Assembly: GCA_964016885.1 (NCBI GenBank)
Contig: OZ024750.1
Location: forward strand, 744,001-808,000
Direction: 5' to 3'
DNA: 64,000 nt
Source: Eledone cirrhosa
Taxonomy: Eukaryota
The notes beneath the pieces are model-generated. The model did not search any database. It saw only the letters and a program-made list of their open reading frames with translations, and was not told the DNA's origin. Each line of letters begins with the position of its first letter. Positions within the stretch are counted from its first letter, which is position 1. The position numbers were made by a program, and so were the translations under genes. Shown piece by piece: positions 62,521 to 64,000 of this stretch.

Positions 62521-62803
62521 TTAAAGTATAAATTCCTTTAAAATCCTCATCAATTGTTTAATGTCTGTTTTCTTTTTTTCTAAACTGGCATGGGTTAGAT
62601 AGGTTTGCAGTATAGTATACCATCCCACAACAATCCATGGGTTGGATAGGATTGCAGTATAGTATACCATCCCACATCATAATATTCCCCCATTTCATCG
62701 GTCAGGTACAACATCCTGAAATTTGACCACTTTATTCCTTCTCTTTTGTCACAGGTAAAACTCACCGAGAGAATGTGAGTCTTTTTAACTGAGAACCCAT
62801 CAC

Positions 62804-63105
62804 TCAATCACATCATATATTAGACCAACACAGGTAAGTCTGTCTTCAACCTTCAATCACATTATGTGTTAGACCAACACAGGTAAGTCTGTCTTCAACC
62901 TTCAATCACATTATGTGTTAGACCAACACAGGTAAGTCTGTCTTCAACCTTCAATCACATTATGTGTTAGACCAATACAGGTAAGTCTGTCTTCAACCTT
63001 CAATCACATTATGGGTTAGACCAATACAGGTAAGTCTGTCTTCAACCTTCAATCACATTATGGGTTAGACCAATACAGGTAAGTCTGTCTTCAACCTTCA
63101 ATCAC
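62804..63105. repeat. 49-bp minisatellite, ~6 copies
   Basis: ttagaccaacacaggtaagtctgtcttcaaccttcaatcacattatgtg. Confidence 0.93.
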
Positions 63106-63593
63106 TATCTCAGTTCACTTCTATTCTACCTTTAACCTTATTGTTTGGAACATAATTCAAAGTTAACATATTTAAACGTATGAGAGGTCTTTAGATAAAT
63201 ATAAAAACTTTAAAATAAACAGCTTTGTATCAGAATCCTGGGCAGTTTCAGGCAGTTTGATATCAGTTAATGAAAGTTATCATAGATCAAATGAATCATG
63301 CCTGCTTCATCTCTTCATGGTCTTATGTCAATTAACCATGCAGTACTACACATTACATTGTTTAAATAAGAAAACAGAGGAATTTGTGATAACATCATTT
63401 TTGTTACATCTGTCAAATAATAATGGTTTCTAATTTAGGCACAAGACCAGTAATGTTTTTGGGGTGATGGTGAGGGCTGATTAAATTGACTGGTACTTTA
63501 TTTTATTGATCTTGGAAAGATAAAAGGCAATATTGATTCCAACAATGATTTGAACAGAGAACATAGAAAGAACTGGAACAAATAACACACAAC

Positions 63594-63732
63594 AATGATG
63601 ATGATGGCAGTGATATGTTGTGATGGTGATGATGGTGATGGCAGTGATATGTTGATGATGATGATGGTGATGATATTGATGGCAGTGATGATATTGATGG
63701 CAATGATGTTGCTGCTGGTGATGGCAGTGATT
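63594..63732. repeat. (GAT)n-derived low-complexity repeat
   Basis: Directly visible. Confidence 0.85.
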
Positions 63733-64000
63733 ATAATACACTTCTCTGACAGTCCATCTATTGAGATAACAACTACTCTCTGCCCATCTCATCCATTCCA
63801 GGTCCCTGTCTCCACCCTACTACCCACTCAGCCTCCTCACTCCTTAAACACAATTTCTAAACATTTGATAGTCTTCTTCTCTCCAACTGATCACCTCCTC
63901 CTAAATTCCTTTCCCCCTCAACCACAATTGAAATAGAACAACTACACAAACACACACATCATTAGTCATGTACCGTTTCCTTCCCATCCCCCGTAATTAC

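Noticed and set aside
62804-63105. CRISPR-like periodic array
   Set aside because: No unique spacers, eukaryotic context and no cas genes.

Overview
AT-rich, intron-rich animal DNA. The SINE/RTE repeats and huge (TA)n/(AG)n tracts suggest an octopod cephalopod (inference). Three spliced genes were rebuilt by hand with phase-consistent GT-AG exons. (1) The last 4 exons of TAPT1 (+, 45-11053). (2) An apparently complete PGC-1/PPRC1/spargel-family coactivator (+, ~17913-38025, 12 exons, ~946 aa) with a DHDY motif, RS region and C-terminal RRM; its first exons are tentative. (3) The last 9 exons of a TBC1D12/14-type Rab-GAP (-, 52599-43049), whose 5' end lies beyond the window. Introns and spacers hold RTE-clade LINEs, tRNA-derived SINEs, TTAA- and TA-type MITEs, foldback elements and simple repeats. 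Main highlights: RTE LINEs with a canonical C4HC3 PHD finger inside the reverse transcriptase domain, a LINE/SINE partner pair landing repeatedly in (TA)n tracts, a twin-priming-type 5' inversion in a non-L1 LINE, nested MITEs with empty-site evidence, a CRE/E-box element plus uORFs before the PGC-1 gene, and TAPT1-PGC1-TBC1D14 linkage that mirrors human 4p. All homology calls rest on remembered motifs; no searches were run.
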